This document shows positions 42,034-51,723 of a stretch of 64,000 nucleotides of DNA, in pieces (position 1 is the first letter of the stretch; each line of letters opens with the position of its first letter). Under the pieces are notes generated by a model. That model was not told the origin of the DNA, did no database searches, and saw nothing but the letters and a program-made list of their open reading frames with translations. This DNA comes from Candidatus Moraniibacteriota bacterium (GTDB taxonomy: Bacteria > Patescibacteriota > Minisyncoccia > Moranbacterales > UBA1568). The position numbers were made by a program, and so were the translations under genes. The DNA lies in NCBI GenBank assembly GCA_963778555.1, contig CAVZUR010000003.1, positions 117,704 to 181,703 of the forward strand, read 5' to 3'.

Positions 42034-43458
42034 ATGACCAACGAAGAACTCTGGAAAGCGGCTCTTGGCCAGATAGAACTTTCCCTTTCTAAAGCCAATT
42101 TCATTACCTGGTTTAAAAATACCTCCATCCTTTCGCAAGAGAGTGGTCGGGTTGTTATTGGTGTCCCGAACGGATTTGCTAAGGAGTGGCTGGAGAATAA
42201 GTATAATCTCTACATCATTAAAGCCCTCAAAAGCCTAGATCCGAGCATCCAGGATATTAAATGCGCTATTACGCCTCAGGGCGTACGGCTAACAGCTCCC
42301 CAGACTTTTAAGAAGTCTATGGATGCGGTTCGGCCTGCTGATGGACAGATCAACACTGCGCCCGCCGGGTTCTCTCGGAAAAAAATATCCGCGAAGCCGT
42401 CTTTGACTTCTCCGAGTGGAGATACCTACTCCCATAATCTCAATAGCCGGTACACTTTTGATAATTTTATCGTCGCAGAGAACAATGAGCTCGCCCGGGC
42501 CGCTTGTTTCGCAATTTCACAAAACCTCGGGCAACTCTATAATCCTCTTTTCATCTACGGCGGTGTGGGACTCGGGAAAACTCACTTGCTTCAAGCACTC
42601 GGGAACGAAATCACGCTCAAACAGCCTGAAAAGCGGGTAAAATACATTACATCCGAGCGCTTCACGAGCGAACTTGTCGAGTCAATAAAAAATCAGACTG
42701 TTGACCAGTTCAAGACTGCGTACGAACACATCGACCTTTTAATTATTGATGATGTTCAGTTTCTTTCGGGTCGAGAGAAGACCCAGAATGAGTTTTTTCA
42801 TATCTTTAATGCGCTCTATCAGCTCAATAAGCAGATTGTTATTTCAAGTGACCGAACACCAAAATCAATCCCGACCTTGGAGGAACGGCTGCGGTCTCGG
42901 TTTGAAGGGGGGATGATCGCGGATATTAGCCGCCCAAGCCTAGAAACCCGCGTTGCTATCCTCCAAACCAAAGCTCAAGAGCGGGGAGTCGCTATCGATC
43001 CTGCCTCTATTCAGTTCATTGCTGAGCATGTAAAAAATAATATCCGAGAACTCGAGGGGGCACTCTCGCGTGTCTTTGCTTATAGCGAGTTTCAGCAAGT
43101 CCCCATCACTTTCCCTTTAGTCCAAAAAGCTCTTTCAGATATGTTGGTGCAAACAAAAAAGTCTGTGAGGCTTGATGATATCGTGCAGGTTGTAAGTGAT
43201 TTCTACGGGGTTCCAGTGGAGGAGATGGTGAAAAAGGGACGCAAGAAAGAAGTTGCCCATCCCCGTCAGATAGCGATGTACCTCCTCCGTACCGAGCTGG
43301 ACACCCCTTTTTCTACAATTGGTACATTTTTCGGTGGTCGAGATCACACAACCGTACTGCACGCGGTAGAAAAAGTGAGTCAGAGTAAAGAAAGCCATCT
43401 CCGCATCAAAGAAGAACTCCTTTCGTTGAAAGAAAAATTACAAACGCCGGCTGTATAA
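42034..43458 (+). CDS. dnaA: Chromosomal replication initiator DnaA
   Basis: NPLFIYGGVGLGKTHL, IIDDVQ, RELEGAL and RDHTTVLHA. Confidence 0.99.
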   Translation: MTNEELWKAALGQIELSLSKANFITWFKNTSILSQESGRVVIGVPNGFAKEWLENKYNLYIIKALKSLDPSIQDIKCAITPQGVRLTAPQTFKKSMDAVRPADGQINTAPAGFSRKKISAKPSLTSPSGDTYSHNLNSRYTFDNFIVAENNELARAACFAISQNLGQLYNPLFIYGGVGLGKTHLLQALGNEITLKQPEKRVKYITSERFTSELVESIKNQTVDQFKTAYEHIDLLIIDDVQFLSGREKTQNEFFHIFNALYQLNKQIVISSDRTPKSIPTLEERLRSRFEGGMIADISRPSLETRVAILQTKAQERGVAIDPASIQFIAEHVKNNIRELEGALSRVFAYSEFQQVPITFPLVQKALSDMLVQTKKSVRLDDIVQVVSDFYGVPVEEMVKKGRKKEVAHPRQIAMYLLRTELDTPFSTIGTFFGGRDHTTVLHAVEKVSQSKESHLRIKEELLSLKEKLQTPAV

Positions 43459-43668
43459 GTCTGTATTACACTGTATGATTATTGCTTATCTTGTGGATAA
43501 ACTCTCCTCACTAACACTTTATCTCCATGAAACGAATTTTTCATACAATTCTATCCACTCGTTTATACTAAAAAATCCGCTTATCTAGGCTCTTAACCTA
43601 TGTTTCCCACTTATACAGATGACTAATAACAATAATATTTATATAAATATTCTTTATAGATTACTCTC
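43451..43668. other. Probable oriC (dnaA-dnaN intergenic region)
   Basis: Perfect DnaA box TGTGGATAA at 43492-43500, several degenerate boxes, trio-like TAA-TAA-CAA-TAA and AT-rich DUE at about 43620-43665. Confidence 0.8.
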
Positions 43669-44799
43669 ATGAAACTCACCTGCACCCAAGAAAATCTTCG
43701 TAACGCTCTTTCTTTATTAGAGCGTGTTGTTGGGCGGCAAAGCTCGCTGCCTATCCTAAGTAATATTTTATTTGAGACGGAACAAGGGAGACTTTGTCTT
43801 TCAGCGACTAATCTGGAAATTGGGATAATCACTTCAATTGGAGCAAAAATCGAGTCGGAAGGCAAAATAACAGTACCAGCAAAACTGATCATTAATTTCA
43901 TCCAAAATCTTGCCGATGATCAAATTGTGAGTATTGAACAGATGGGGACGCAAGTGGTAGTCGTAAGTGGGGACTATACGGTAAAAATTAATGGATTAGA
44001 TAGTAAGGATTTCCCTATTATTCCTCGGAGGAGTGGTGGAAAAGTTTTTTTACTTCCAACAAATCCACTTCGTGAGGGACTCCAAAAAACACTCTTCTGT
44101 GTTTCTTTAAACGAAAGCCGTCCTGAACTTACAGGTGTCCTTTTTGGATTTCGAGCGGGGAAGTTCTTTCTGGCGGCAACAGATAGTTTTCGTCTCGCCG
44201 AGTGGAGTATGCAAGAATCAGCCGGTGGGGATATCAATCAGGAAGAGGGGCAGGAAGGAGTAGCGATTATCCCAGCGTACACCCTTCAAGAAGTATTGCG
44301 TACCTTACAGCAATCCTCAGACCAGGTAGGGGTTTCACTTGAGGAAAATCAGGTGTTCTTTGAAATTGGGAATACCCGCATTGTTTCAAGACTGATCAAC
44401 GGGAGATTCCCTGAGTATCAAACAATTATGCCAAAACAGTATTCTCTAGAAGTAGCCGTTGGCCAGGAAGAATTCCAAAGAGCTTTGAAAATAGCCACCT
44501 CTTTTTCCGTTTATAGCACTAATGAGGTCGTCTTCCGGTTGAATAACGAGGAAAAGCGGCTTGAAATCGAGTCGCATTCCCAAGGTATTGGAGAACAAAT
44601 CGCAAAAATCCCCTACAGTGGGGAGGTTGGGCAACCATTCCAGATCGTCTTCAGTCCGCGCTATATTCTGGAGGGTGTAGCCGCCCAACGCGGGGGGCAG
44701 ACTATCCTCTCCTTCAATTCCCCAGCCACCCCAGCCAAAATTTCTTCAGGGGTGGGGCAATCCGGGTACACGTACATTGTGATGCCTATCCGAAAATAG
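43669..44799 (+). CDS. dnaN: DNA polymerase III beta clamp
   Basis: LPILSNIL, ATDSFRL and YIVMPIR. Confidence 0.98.
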   Translation: MKLTCTQENLRNALSLLERVVGRQSSLPILSNILFETEQGRLCLSATNLEIGIITSIGAKIESEGKITVPAKLIINFIQNLADDQIVSIEQMGTQVVVVSGDYTVKINGLDSKDFPIIPRRSGGKVFLLPTNPLREGLQKTLFCVSLNESRPELTGVLFGFRAGKFFLAATDSFRLAEWSMQESAGGDINQEEGQEGVAIIPAYTLQEVLRTLQQSSDQVGVSLEENQVFFEIGNTRIVSRLINGRFPEYQTIMPKQYSLEVAVGQEEFQRALKIATSFSVYSTNEVVFRLNNEEKRLEIESHSQGIGEQIAKIPYSGEVGQPFQIVFSPRYILEGVAAQRGGQTILSFNSPATPAKISSGVGQSGYTYIVMPIRK

Positions 44800-44841
44800 A
44801 GCAGGGTTCTCTTAGTCTGCGTGTCCTAAACCCATACCCAC

Positions 44842-45144
44842 ATGCGTTCACTTAAAGAATATATCGGAGGGAGAGAGTGGCGGGCACCCCACCTCCATCA
44901 TGTGGTAGATGATAAAACAATTTTTCATCTCTTCCGAAAGATTGTGAGGGAAGAATATGGTGCGCGCGGAGCGGCAGAACTTACTCCCACCGCGTTTGTT
45001 GAGGGGGTGCTATCCGTAAAGGCTGCTAGCCCACTCTACTCGAGTGAACTTTGGATGCGTCGTGAGGCTATTATTGGTCGAATGAATACCACGCTCGGAA
45101 ATGGGGGGGTAAAAGAAATCCGATTTGTTCGGTATAGCCCTTAG
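44842..45144 (+). CDS. DUF721/DciA-like protein
   Basis: GVLSV..SPLYSSEL..VKEIRF; position after dnaN. Confidence 0.7.
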   Translation: MRSLKEYIGGREWRAPHLHHVVDDKTIFHLFRKIVREEYGARGAAELTPTAFVEGVLSVKAASPLYSSELWMRREAIIGRMNTTLGNGGVKEIRFVRYSP

Positions 45145-47720
45145 TAGGCGACAGACAGGCTACCGCTCGCCTCAGCCGTGTTGCCGTTTCGATCCTCGAG
45201 ACGGACTTTGACGCTGAGACTGGTATTGTTTTTGCTTGCGGGTATGGTGTATGAGATGGAAAAAGGCTTTTCATGGCGTTCTCCCACTACCTCGCTGTCA
45301 ACTGAAAAACTAACGTTTGAGACCCCATAGGGGGCGTTGACGTCGGCACTCAGTGTGACGGTATTTGAACTCGTTGAACTAGGGAGATTAAGCCCGATAG
45401 TGGGTTGGTATTTTTTGAAATCATCCGCTCCGCATTCTTTTTCTGGTGGCTCCTCAGCAATGACGCCCTTCTGTTTCTTATACCAGTCCTTCACTGCCTT
45501 CTCCCAGTTCTTGTACTGGGGATCAGCCTCTGGTTTTTCCGGAATACTCCCCCGCGGGTCATCACGCTTCACATAGTGGAGGATATCATGTGGTTCGACA
45601 AAATCGCGCTTTTCTGACTCCCCATCCGGGCAATATTTGTTCGCGAGGCAGTACTTGTTATCTTCCCCTGGGATTTCGCATACCTTCAGGTTTTGTTTTT
45701 CCTCAAGCTTTCCGCCCAGCATCGGTTTCTCTATATCCTCATTCTCATACTTTGGGAATCTTTCAGCCGCGGCGTTGACAAGCACTTTATCCAAAAAATC
45801 TCGCCAGATTGGGGCAGCTACAACTACCCCATCCGCCCCTTCAACCATCGGACGATTGTCGTTATTTCCTGCCCAAACACCAACAGCGAGTGACGGCGTA
45901 AACCCAATCGTCCAGCCATCCCGGAACTCATTTGTGGTGCCGGTTTTCGCAGCGACATCACGATTGTCAAAACGTAGCGGGCTGTTGTCTCCAAAAACCG
46001 GAGCCCGGAAATCATTGGTTGACATGATGTGTTCAAGCATTGTCACGTATTTTCCATCTATCACACGCTCTCCCACCTCTGAGCGGAACTCTTCAAGCGA
46101 GTTCCCTTTAGCGTCTTCAATCTTAAGGATCACAGCAAGGGGATGCTTGACCCCACCGGTGGCGAGGGTCGCGTAGGCATGGACATGGTCGAGGAGCCGG
46201 ACTTCGCCGCCTCCAAGGACGAGTGATAACCCAAGCCGGTCAGGGTTCTCCAGTCCCTGGATTCCGAGCCGCTTGGCCATCTCAATGGATTCTTTTACTC
46301 CGACGAGGTAGAGCGTCTTCACCGCCGGGATGTTGAGCGACTGAGCCAATGCTTCAGCCATTTTGAGTGGCCCCCGGAATTTCCCGTCGTAATTCTGAGG
46401 CTTATAACTTTTCCCTCCCACTGCTTCAAACCCAGTTTCCACATCGTACATGATGGTCTCGGGGGTGTAGCCTCTCACAAAAGCAGTGAGATACACATAG
46501 GGCTTGAAGGAGGATCCTGGTTGACGTTCGCGAATTGCCACGTTTACCTGGCCATCGATAGTTGTATCGAAATAATCCTTGGATCCGACCATAGAGAGCA
46601 CCTGGCCGCTTTTTGGGTCGATTGCGACGAGAGCAGCATTTTCAGCCTTATACCGCTCATTTTTCGCTGCTCCTGCACGCACCGCTTCTTCCGCCGCCGT
46701 CTGTTTGTCCCAGTCCAGAGTAGTGGTGACTCGATACCCCCCCTCTTCGACAGCTCGATCCCCATACTTTTCTTGGAGGTAGTCTTTAATGTACATGACA
46801 AAATGAGGCGCCGCGATGATATCTTTCTGCATGATGATCTTCTTGAGCGTGTCGGCGTTGATCGCTTCTTCGGCCTGTGCGTCGGTAATGTATCCTAGGC
46901 GTGCCATCTGCTGGAGCGCATAGGACTGCCGCCCCATGAGCGCTTCAGTATGGGAACCGTAGGGGGAATAGTAGGTGGTCGCTTGGGGTAAAGCGGCGAG
47001 GAGAGCGGCTTCATCGAGGCCGAGCTCGCGAGCTGATTTCCCAAAAAATGTCTGTGCCGCTGCCTCGATCCCATAGGCGTTTGATCCATACGGGATTTCG
47101 TTCAAATACATCTCTAAGATTTCATCCTTTGAGTATTTGGTCTCGAGTTCGAGCGCGAGTATCACCTCCTTCATTTTTCGCGACAGTGCCTTTTCATTCG
47201 TGAGGAGAGTGTTCTTCACAAGCTGTTGGGTGATAGTCGATCCACCCTGGGACTTGTCAAGCGTCACGATGTCTTTTAAAATCGCCCGGCCGATCGAGGA
47301 GAGTTTGATGCCGAAATGATTATAGAAATCTTGGTCCTCGAGTGAGATCGTCGCATATTTCACAACGTCCGGCATCTCCGAGAGGGAGATGACGGTTCGT
47401 TTCTCTTCGCCATGGACTTCATATAGCAGGTGAGTCCCTGAACGATCGTAAATCTTGGTCGATTCAGCGACGAAGCGATCCCGCACATTGCCTGGACTCG
47501 GGAGATCTTTGGCGATATACAGGAAGACCCCCAGTATCGCTGCACCACCTAGGCCGCTCGTGATAGCCAGCCCCCGCCAGATTTTTTTCCAAGGCCAGGG
47601 AGTTTTTGGCCCAGCGCTTTGAGGAGTACCCCCGCTTGACACTCGGCGCCGGAAACTCGGCCGTGAAAACATTGTTTTTGGGCTGAAATAAAGCATAAAG
47701 AGGCAACTCGTGTGCCTCAT
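45141..47720 (-). CDS. Class A penicillin-binding protein (PBP1A family) with C-terminal Ig-like domain
   Basis: EDQDFY, GGSTITQQ, SSFK, SLN and KTG; true start probably about 47672. Confidence 0.95.
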   Translation of the reverse strand: MRHTSCLFMLYFSPKTMFSRPSFRRRVSSGGTPQSAGPKTPWPWKKIWRGLAITSGLGGAAILGVFLYIAKDLPSPGNVRDRFVAESTKIYDRSGTHLLYEVHGEEKRTVISLSEMPDVVKYATISLEDQDFYNHFGIKLSSIGRAILKDIVTLDKSQGGSTITQQLVKNTLLTNEKALSRKMKEVILALELETKYSKDEILEMYLNEIPYGSNAYGIEAAAQTFFGKSARELGLDEAALLAALPQATTYYSPYGSHTEALMGRQSYALQQMARLGYITDAQAEEAINADTLKKIIMQKDIIAAPHFVMYIKDYLQEKYGDRAVEEGGYRVTTTLDWDKQTAAEEAVRAGAAKNERYKAENAALVAIDPKSGQVLSMVGSKDYFDTTIDGQVNVAIRERQPGSSFKPYVYLTAFVRGYTPETIMYDVETGFEAVGGKSYKPQNYDGKFRGPLKMAEALAQSLNIPAVKTLYLVGVKESIEMAKRLGIQGLENPDRLGLSLVLGGGEVRLLDHVHAYATLATGGVKHPLAVILKIEDAKGNSLEEFRSEVGERVIDGKYVTMLEHIMSTNDFRAPVFGDNSPLRFDNRDVAAKTGTTNEFRDGWTIGFTPSLAVGVWAGNNDNRPMVEGADGVVVAAPIWRDFLDKVLVNAAAERFPKYENEDIEKPMLGGKLEEKQNLKVCEIPGEDNKYCLANKYCPDGESEKRDFVEPHDILHYVKRDDPRGSIPEKPEADPQYKNWEKAVKDWYKKQKGVIAEEPPEKECGADDFKKYQPTIGLNLPSSTSSNTVTLSADVNAPYGVSNVSFSVDSEVVGERHEKPFSISYTIPASKNNTSLSVKVRLEDRNGNTAEASGSLSVAY

Positions 47721-47750
47721 TTATAGCACAGAAACGAGTCCGAAGGAAGA

Positions 47751-49133
47751 CTACCTCGAAAGAGTTTTCAAGTCTTGGTCAGTAATCCCGAGTTGATCCA
47801 GCACCCAGATATGGCGAGGATTACTTGGATCATACTTGCCGATATTCCAGCGCTGCATCTCAGGCTCATTCTTGTAGAGTGTCTCCCAGATAGCGATGTT
47901 CCCTTCGCGGTAGATGATGTCTTTGGTAAAACAAGCCCCGGGCGTTCGGCCATCAGTGCCTCGAAAGGTTCGAACTGTGCGGCCCCAGGCGCTGCTGGCT
48001 GCTTTCTTCTGGGCTAGGAGACCATCTTCCCCACGAGAGAGGTTTTTCACGAAGTAATATCGACGAAGAATGTCATAGGTTTCTCGGAAATCACGGGGAT
48101 GACCATCAAGACCAGTTGCAAGACTGATAGCGAAGTGACCGTCGAAACCTGAATAGTCTTCCGCTTCGCCCGCAAGCGCCTGTTCTCGGAGTGTTGCGAT
48201 CCCTTCCTCACCGCCTTCGTAGCGGTCGAGCCCCAACCCGAGTAGCTGCAGCTTGGTCCGTTCACCATTCAATCGTCGTGCTGTGTGCGTCCCGATCTCG
48301 TGTGCAATGAGTCCCTTGAGCTCGTTGACGGGCATCTTCCGCCCAGGCGGGACTTGAACCGCTTTCTTTTCCTGGTTCACGCTCACTCCAGTGCGCTTCG
48401 GATCAATGACGGCTATCCAGCCCTCGGCCGAGAGAGTCTCGAGTGCTGCCCCGAAAGCCAACCGGATTTCCTCATCGCTGAGCTCCCCATGCTCTTTCGG
48501 GAGCTTCAGGATATCCCCTAATGCAGTTTCTGTTTGATCTTTAACGCGTCCAAGGATTTCAGCTCGCGGCTTCTCTAGCGAGGAAGGCATACCCGCATCT
48601 GGCAGCGCATCCAAGAGTGAAGTGGCTTCTCGTCGTATGGTGTCGTTATCACTTCGCGCCAAGAGACCCTCAAGCTCCCCGCGAATCTGCCGAAGCGTGT
48701 ACGTAAAGATTTCCTCCGAAGGCTTCCCATAGATGAATTCAGAATAGCGACGGAAGCGCCGGGCATCACCTGTTGCTGCAGCTAACAACAGACGATTTTC
48801 TGCGATTTTTTCGTTCAAACGCCAGCGGTAGACGTTTCTGACGACCTCGTTTTTCTCTTGGGCGAGCACGCTTTCTTTCAAATCAAGCAGCTCATCATAT
48901 CGCTCGAGGAGTTGACCCTCATCTAAGAGGGGATAATCCAAGTCAGGATTTTCTTTTTCACCAGAGAGAAATACCGCCTTCTCTTTGGCGCGCACCGCAG
49001 CATCACCGTCGAGATACTCATAAGCCTGAAAAGCGCCGATTTCTTCGAAGCGAGCATACCACTCCTTATCGAGCGGTATCGGTTTGATATCGGTTTCAGC
49101 GTTTGTGTTCGGTAGTGGTGGTCGCTCGATCAT
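47751..49133 (-). CDS. DUF1704/MATCAP-family metallocarboxypeptidase
   Basis: HEIGTH (HExxxH), EEGIA and FTKDIIYREG. Confidence 0.8.
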   Translation of the reverse strand: MIERPPLPNTNAETDIKPIPLDKEWYARFEEIGAFQAYEYLDGDAAVRAKEKAVFLSGEKENPDLDYPLLDEGQLLERYDELLDLKESVLAQEKNEVVRNVYRWRLNEKIAENRLLLAAATGDARRFRRYSEFIYGKPSEEIFTYTLRQIRGELEGLLARSDNDTIRREATSLLDALPDAGMPSSLEKPRAEILGRVKDQTETALGDILKLPKEHGELSDEEIRLAFGAALETLSAEGWIAVIDPKRTGVSVNQEKKAVQVPPGRKMPVNELKGLIAHEIGTHTARRLNGERTKLQLLGLGLDRYEGGEEGIATLREQALAGEAEDYSGFDGHFAISLATGLDGHPRDFRETYDILRRYYFVKNLSRGEDGLLAQKKAASSAWGRTVRTFRGTDGRTPGACFTKDIIYREGNIAIWETLYKNEPEMQRWNIGKYDPSNPRHIWVLDQLGITDQDLKTLSR

Positions 49134-49783
49134 GAGAGGGGGGAATTGATAAGATCAGTATACTGCATTAGCCTGAAGGGTTTGATCATTGCGCGGAAGC
49201 TCGAACCGCGGAGAAACTCAAGCTCAACCACACGCTCCTGATTATATGGGTAGCGGCAGCGCACATCCCTATAGCCAGGGTGGACAACGAGCTCAGAGAT
49301 CTGGTAGCCTCTTGCTTCACGGAGCCTTTTTTTGAGTATGTGTAGGCGCTCGGGGTGCCATGAAACGAAGTTGCCTGGCGTTGCCAGCCCGTTTTCTTTC
49401 AAAATGGCCCGGTCGACTGGAAAACGTGAGCGGACCGGGAGGCTGTAGCGCTTGGCAGCACGAATTGTCCAGTCAAGATTCTCGGAATGGAGATGCTTAT
49501 GCTGGTGACCATCAAGATACGCCGGAAGCCGGCCGAAACGCTCCCGGAAACGCTCAATTTGATCCTTGATTTCTTCAGGAGACGAAGCGGTTCGTAGTTC
49601 GAGGTGTAGGCCGAGCGGAATGCCAAACGCGAGCAATTCATTTCTTTTGATGTATTGCCGTTTTATCATTATAGAAATACCGGTAATTAATCGAGCACTG
49701 GCAAGCTCGAGTATTCCCTGGTTAAAAGAAGGAGACATCCCGTAATCATCCGCGGTGATGATAAGGGAGGGCCGGATCTTCAT
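49130..49783 (-). CDS. YdjC/ChbG-family deacetylase
   Basis: ITADDYG, GLHL, DGHQHKH and ELVVHPG. Confidence 0.9.
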   Translation of the reverse strand: MKIRPSLIITADDYGMSPSFNQGILELASARLITGISIMIKRQYIKRNELLAFGIPLGLHLELRTASSPEEIKDQIERFRERFGRLPAYLDGHQHKHLHSENLDWTIRAAKRYSLPVRSRFPVDRAILKENGLATPGNFVSWHPERLHILKKRLREARGYQISELVVHPGYRDVRCRYPYNQERVVELEFLRGSSFRAMIKPFRLMQYTDLINSPLS

Positions 49784-51720
49784 TTTTTTCTCTTAGCAGC
49801 GCGTTTGAGGGCGCTAAGGATAGCAAGATAAAGTTTCTCGATGTGTGGCCGCTCAGACTCGTCCGGATACAGGCCAGGCATAGTATTCAATTCTACGATC
49901 CAAGGGGTACCGTTTCGGTCGAACATGAGATCGATAGCGTATATTTTTTCCGAGAAATTAGCATAGTAATCTTGAATGGTCTTTACGATTGGCCACACAG
50001 CCGCCGGAATTTGTTCCTTCAGAACCATGGTCTGCATACCACCTTGAGCGAGATTGGCGAGATAGCTCCCTTTTTTTGGGGTGCGGTAATAGGAGTAAAC
50101 AAGATCATTGTTTGAAAAGATGAGCCGCAGATCGTGGAGCCCCGTCATAACACCCGGGATACCAGCCTCTGAATTGACGAATTCTTGGACCAGGATCGGG
50201 TATCTATGGGTCTCAAGCAGGAGCGCCTTTTTATCCAAGATGAGCACTCCCTCGCCGCTATTCCCGCGCTCTGGCTTCACAACTGCCATATGGCCTTGAA
50301 CTCGTCCAACACTATTTTTGAGCTCTGTCTGAGACGTAGCAACAAAGTATGGCTTAGCGAAGCGCTCAAAGGCACGGCTAACAGCGAGTTTGCTACCGGC
50401 GTGCTCGGAAAATTCTGGATGATTCACCATCGGAAACCAAGGGAGGAGGGACCTTTTTATTGGAAGCGTGGCCGGATTCATGGTGGATTTGTCATAAATA
50501 ACATCAGGAACAATCGAGTCTGTTAAGACCCAATCCTTGCCGTTCCAATGCCAGGCGAGATGGAAACGAGCTCTCTTTTTGTCGTACCAATTTGTCGAGC
50601 TTCGATAGAGTTTCACCCCCTCCCTTTGCGCGAGTTCTGCGAATGCCGTGTACGCAACACAAAGGGCTTTTTCTTGAAAGGCGAGTTTCCCCTCACCTCT
50701 GAAAGGAGTGAAAAGAATGACAACGCTAAGATACTGAGTCGGTTTCTTTTCAAGAGCGACTCGTTGGTCTGGTGTTGTAAGGGACTTCTTCAGTTCACGG
50801 AGGAGCCGCTTGTATACCCGCAACATGGTAGCCTTCTCGTCAGTTGGGAAAAACATACCAGGCATCGTGTTGTATTCGATCACCCATGGACGACCGGTTC
50901 CATCGAACATAACATCAATGGTGTAGGTTTTTTCAGTGAAGACAGCAAAGAGGTCGCGCGTGTCGCTGATGATAGGTTGGAGCGACTCGGGGAGTTTGCT
51001 ATTCGGGATAATTCTCATGCTTCCTCCTTGGGCGATATTCGCGAGAAACGACCCCTTCTTTGGTGTCCGAATATAGCTGTATACAAGCTCCTTACCAATA
51101 AACACCATCCGAAGGTCGTGGTATGTAGTCGTAAGACCGGGTATGCCCCCAGAGCTATCGATGAATTCCTGGACGATGACTGGGAAGGAGAGCTTGAGTT
51201 TCAAGGCTTCTTCTTTAGAAACTATGTAGACGCCAGTACCGCCACTGCCAATTATAGGCTTGATGACAATCTTGTCTCCAGTATACGTCTTGAGTAAACG
51301 TGCGAGACCCGCAACGCTGGAGATTTTCCGATACGGTTTAAAATGACGAGGAAGTCGACGGCTCATTTCATACTTATTGCTTGCAAAACGGGTGAATGCT
51401 GGATCATCGACAAACCGATACCGTGAAATAATCACAGCCCGGGTTGAATCATCATCCGAATCCCCGCTCGTTTTATCGTATACGAGATCGGGTTTCACCG
51501 GACCGGAGATGTGCCATACCCCGTCGACAAATTCCCATGATTTTTTAAAAATATCCCGATCCGTATCGTACCAATCGAGTGGCGCTCGGCAGAGATGGAG
51601 TCCTACCGTTTCACCGAGCGTATACAGCGTCTCATAGCAGCGCTGATACTTCACATCAGAAAAAGGTGTATGTGGCCCCGCATGGTGAGCGGTGTACAGA
51701 ATGAGGACTATCTTTTTCAT
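49780..51720 (-). CDS. Protein with two tandem ATP-grasp domains (RimK/YheCD-like)
   Basis: Two copies of KP..G.GG.G, QEFI..HDLR..ANIAQGG and IE(Y/L)NTMPG. Confidence 0.88.
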   Translation of the reverse strand: MKKIVLILYTAHHAGPHTPFSDVKYQRCYETLYTLGETVGLHLCRAPLDWYDTDRDIFKKSWEFVDGVWHISGPVKPDLVYDKTSGDSDDDSTRAVIISRYRFVDDPAFTRFASNKYEMSRRLPRHFKPYRKISSVAGLARLLKTYTGDKIVIKPIIGSGGTGVYIVSKEEALKLKLSFPVIVQEFIDSSGGIPGLTTTYHDLRMVFIGKELVYSYIRTPKKGSFLANIAQGGSMRIIPNSKLPESLQPIISDTRDLFAVFTEKTYTIDVMFDGTGRPWVIEYNTMPGMFFPTDEKATMLRVYKRLLRELKKSLTTPDQRVALEKKPTQYLSVVILFTPFRGEGKLAFQEKALCVAYTAFAELAQREGVKLYRSSTNWYDKKRARFHLAWHWNGKDWVLTDSIVPDVIYDKSTMNPATLPIKRSLLPWFPMVNHPEFSEHAGSKLAVSRAFERFAKPYFVATSQTELKNSVGRVQGHMAVVKPERGNSGEGVLILDKKALLLETHRYPILVQEFVNSEAGIPGVMTGLHDLRLIFSNNDLVYSYYRTPKKGSYLANLAQGGMQTMVLKEQIPAAVWPIVKTIQDYYANFSEKIYAIDLMFDRNGTPWIVELNTMPGLYPDESERPHIEKLYLAILSALKRAAKRKK

Positions 51721-51723
51721 AGC

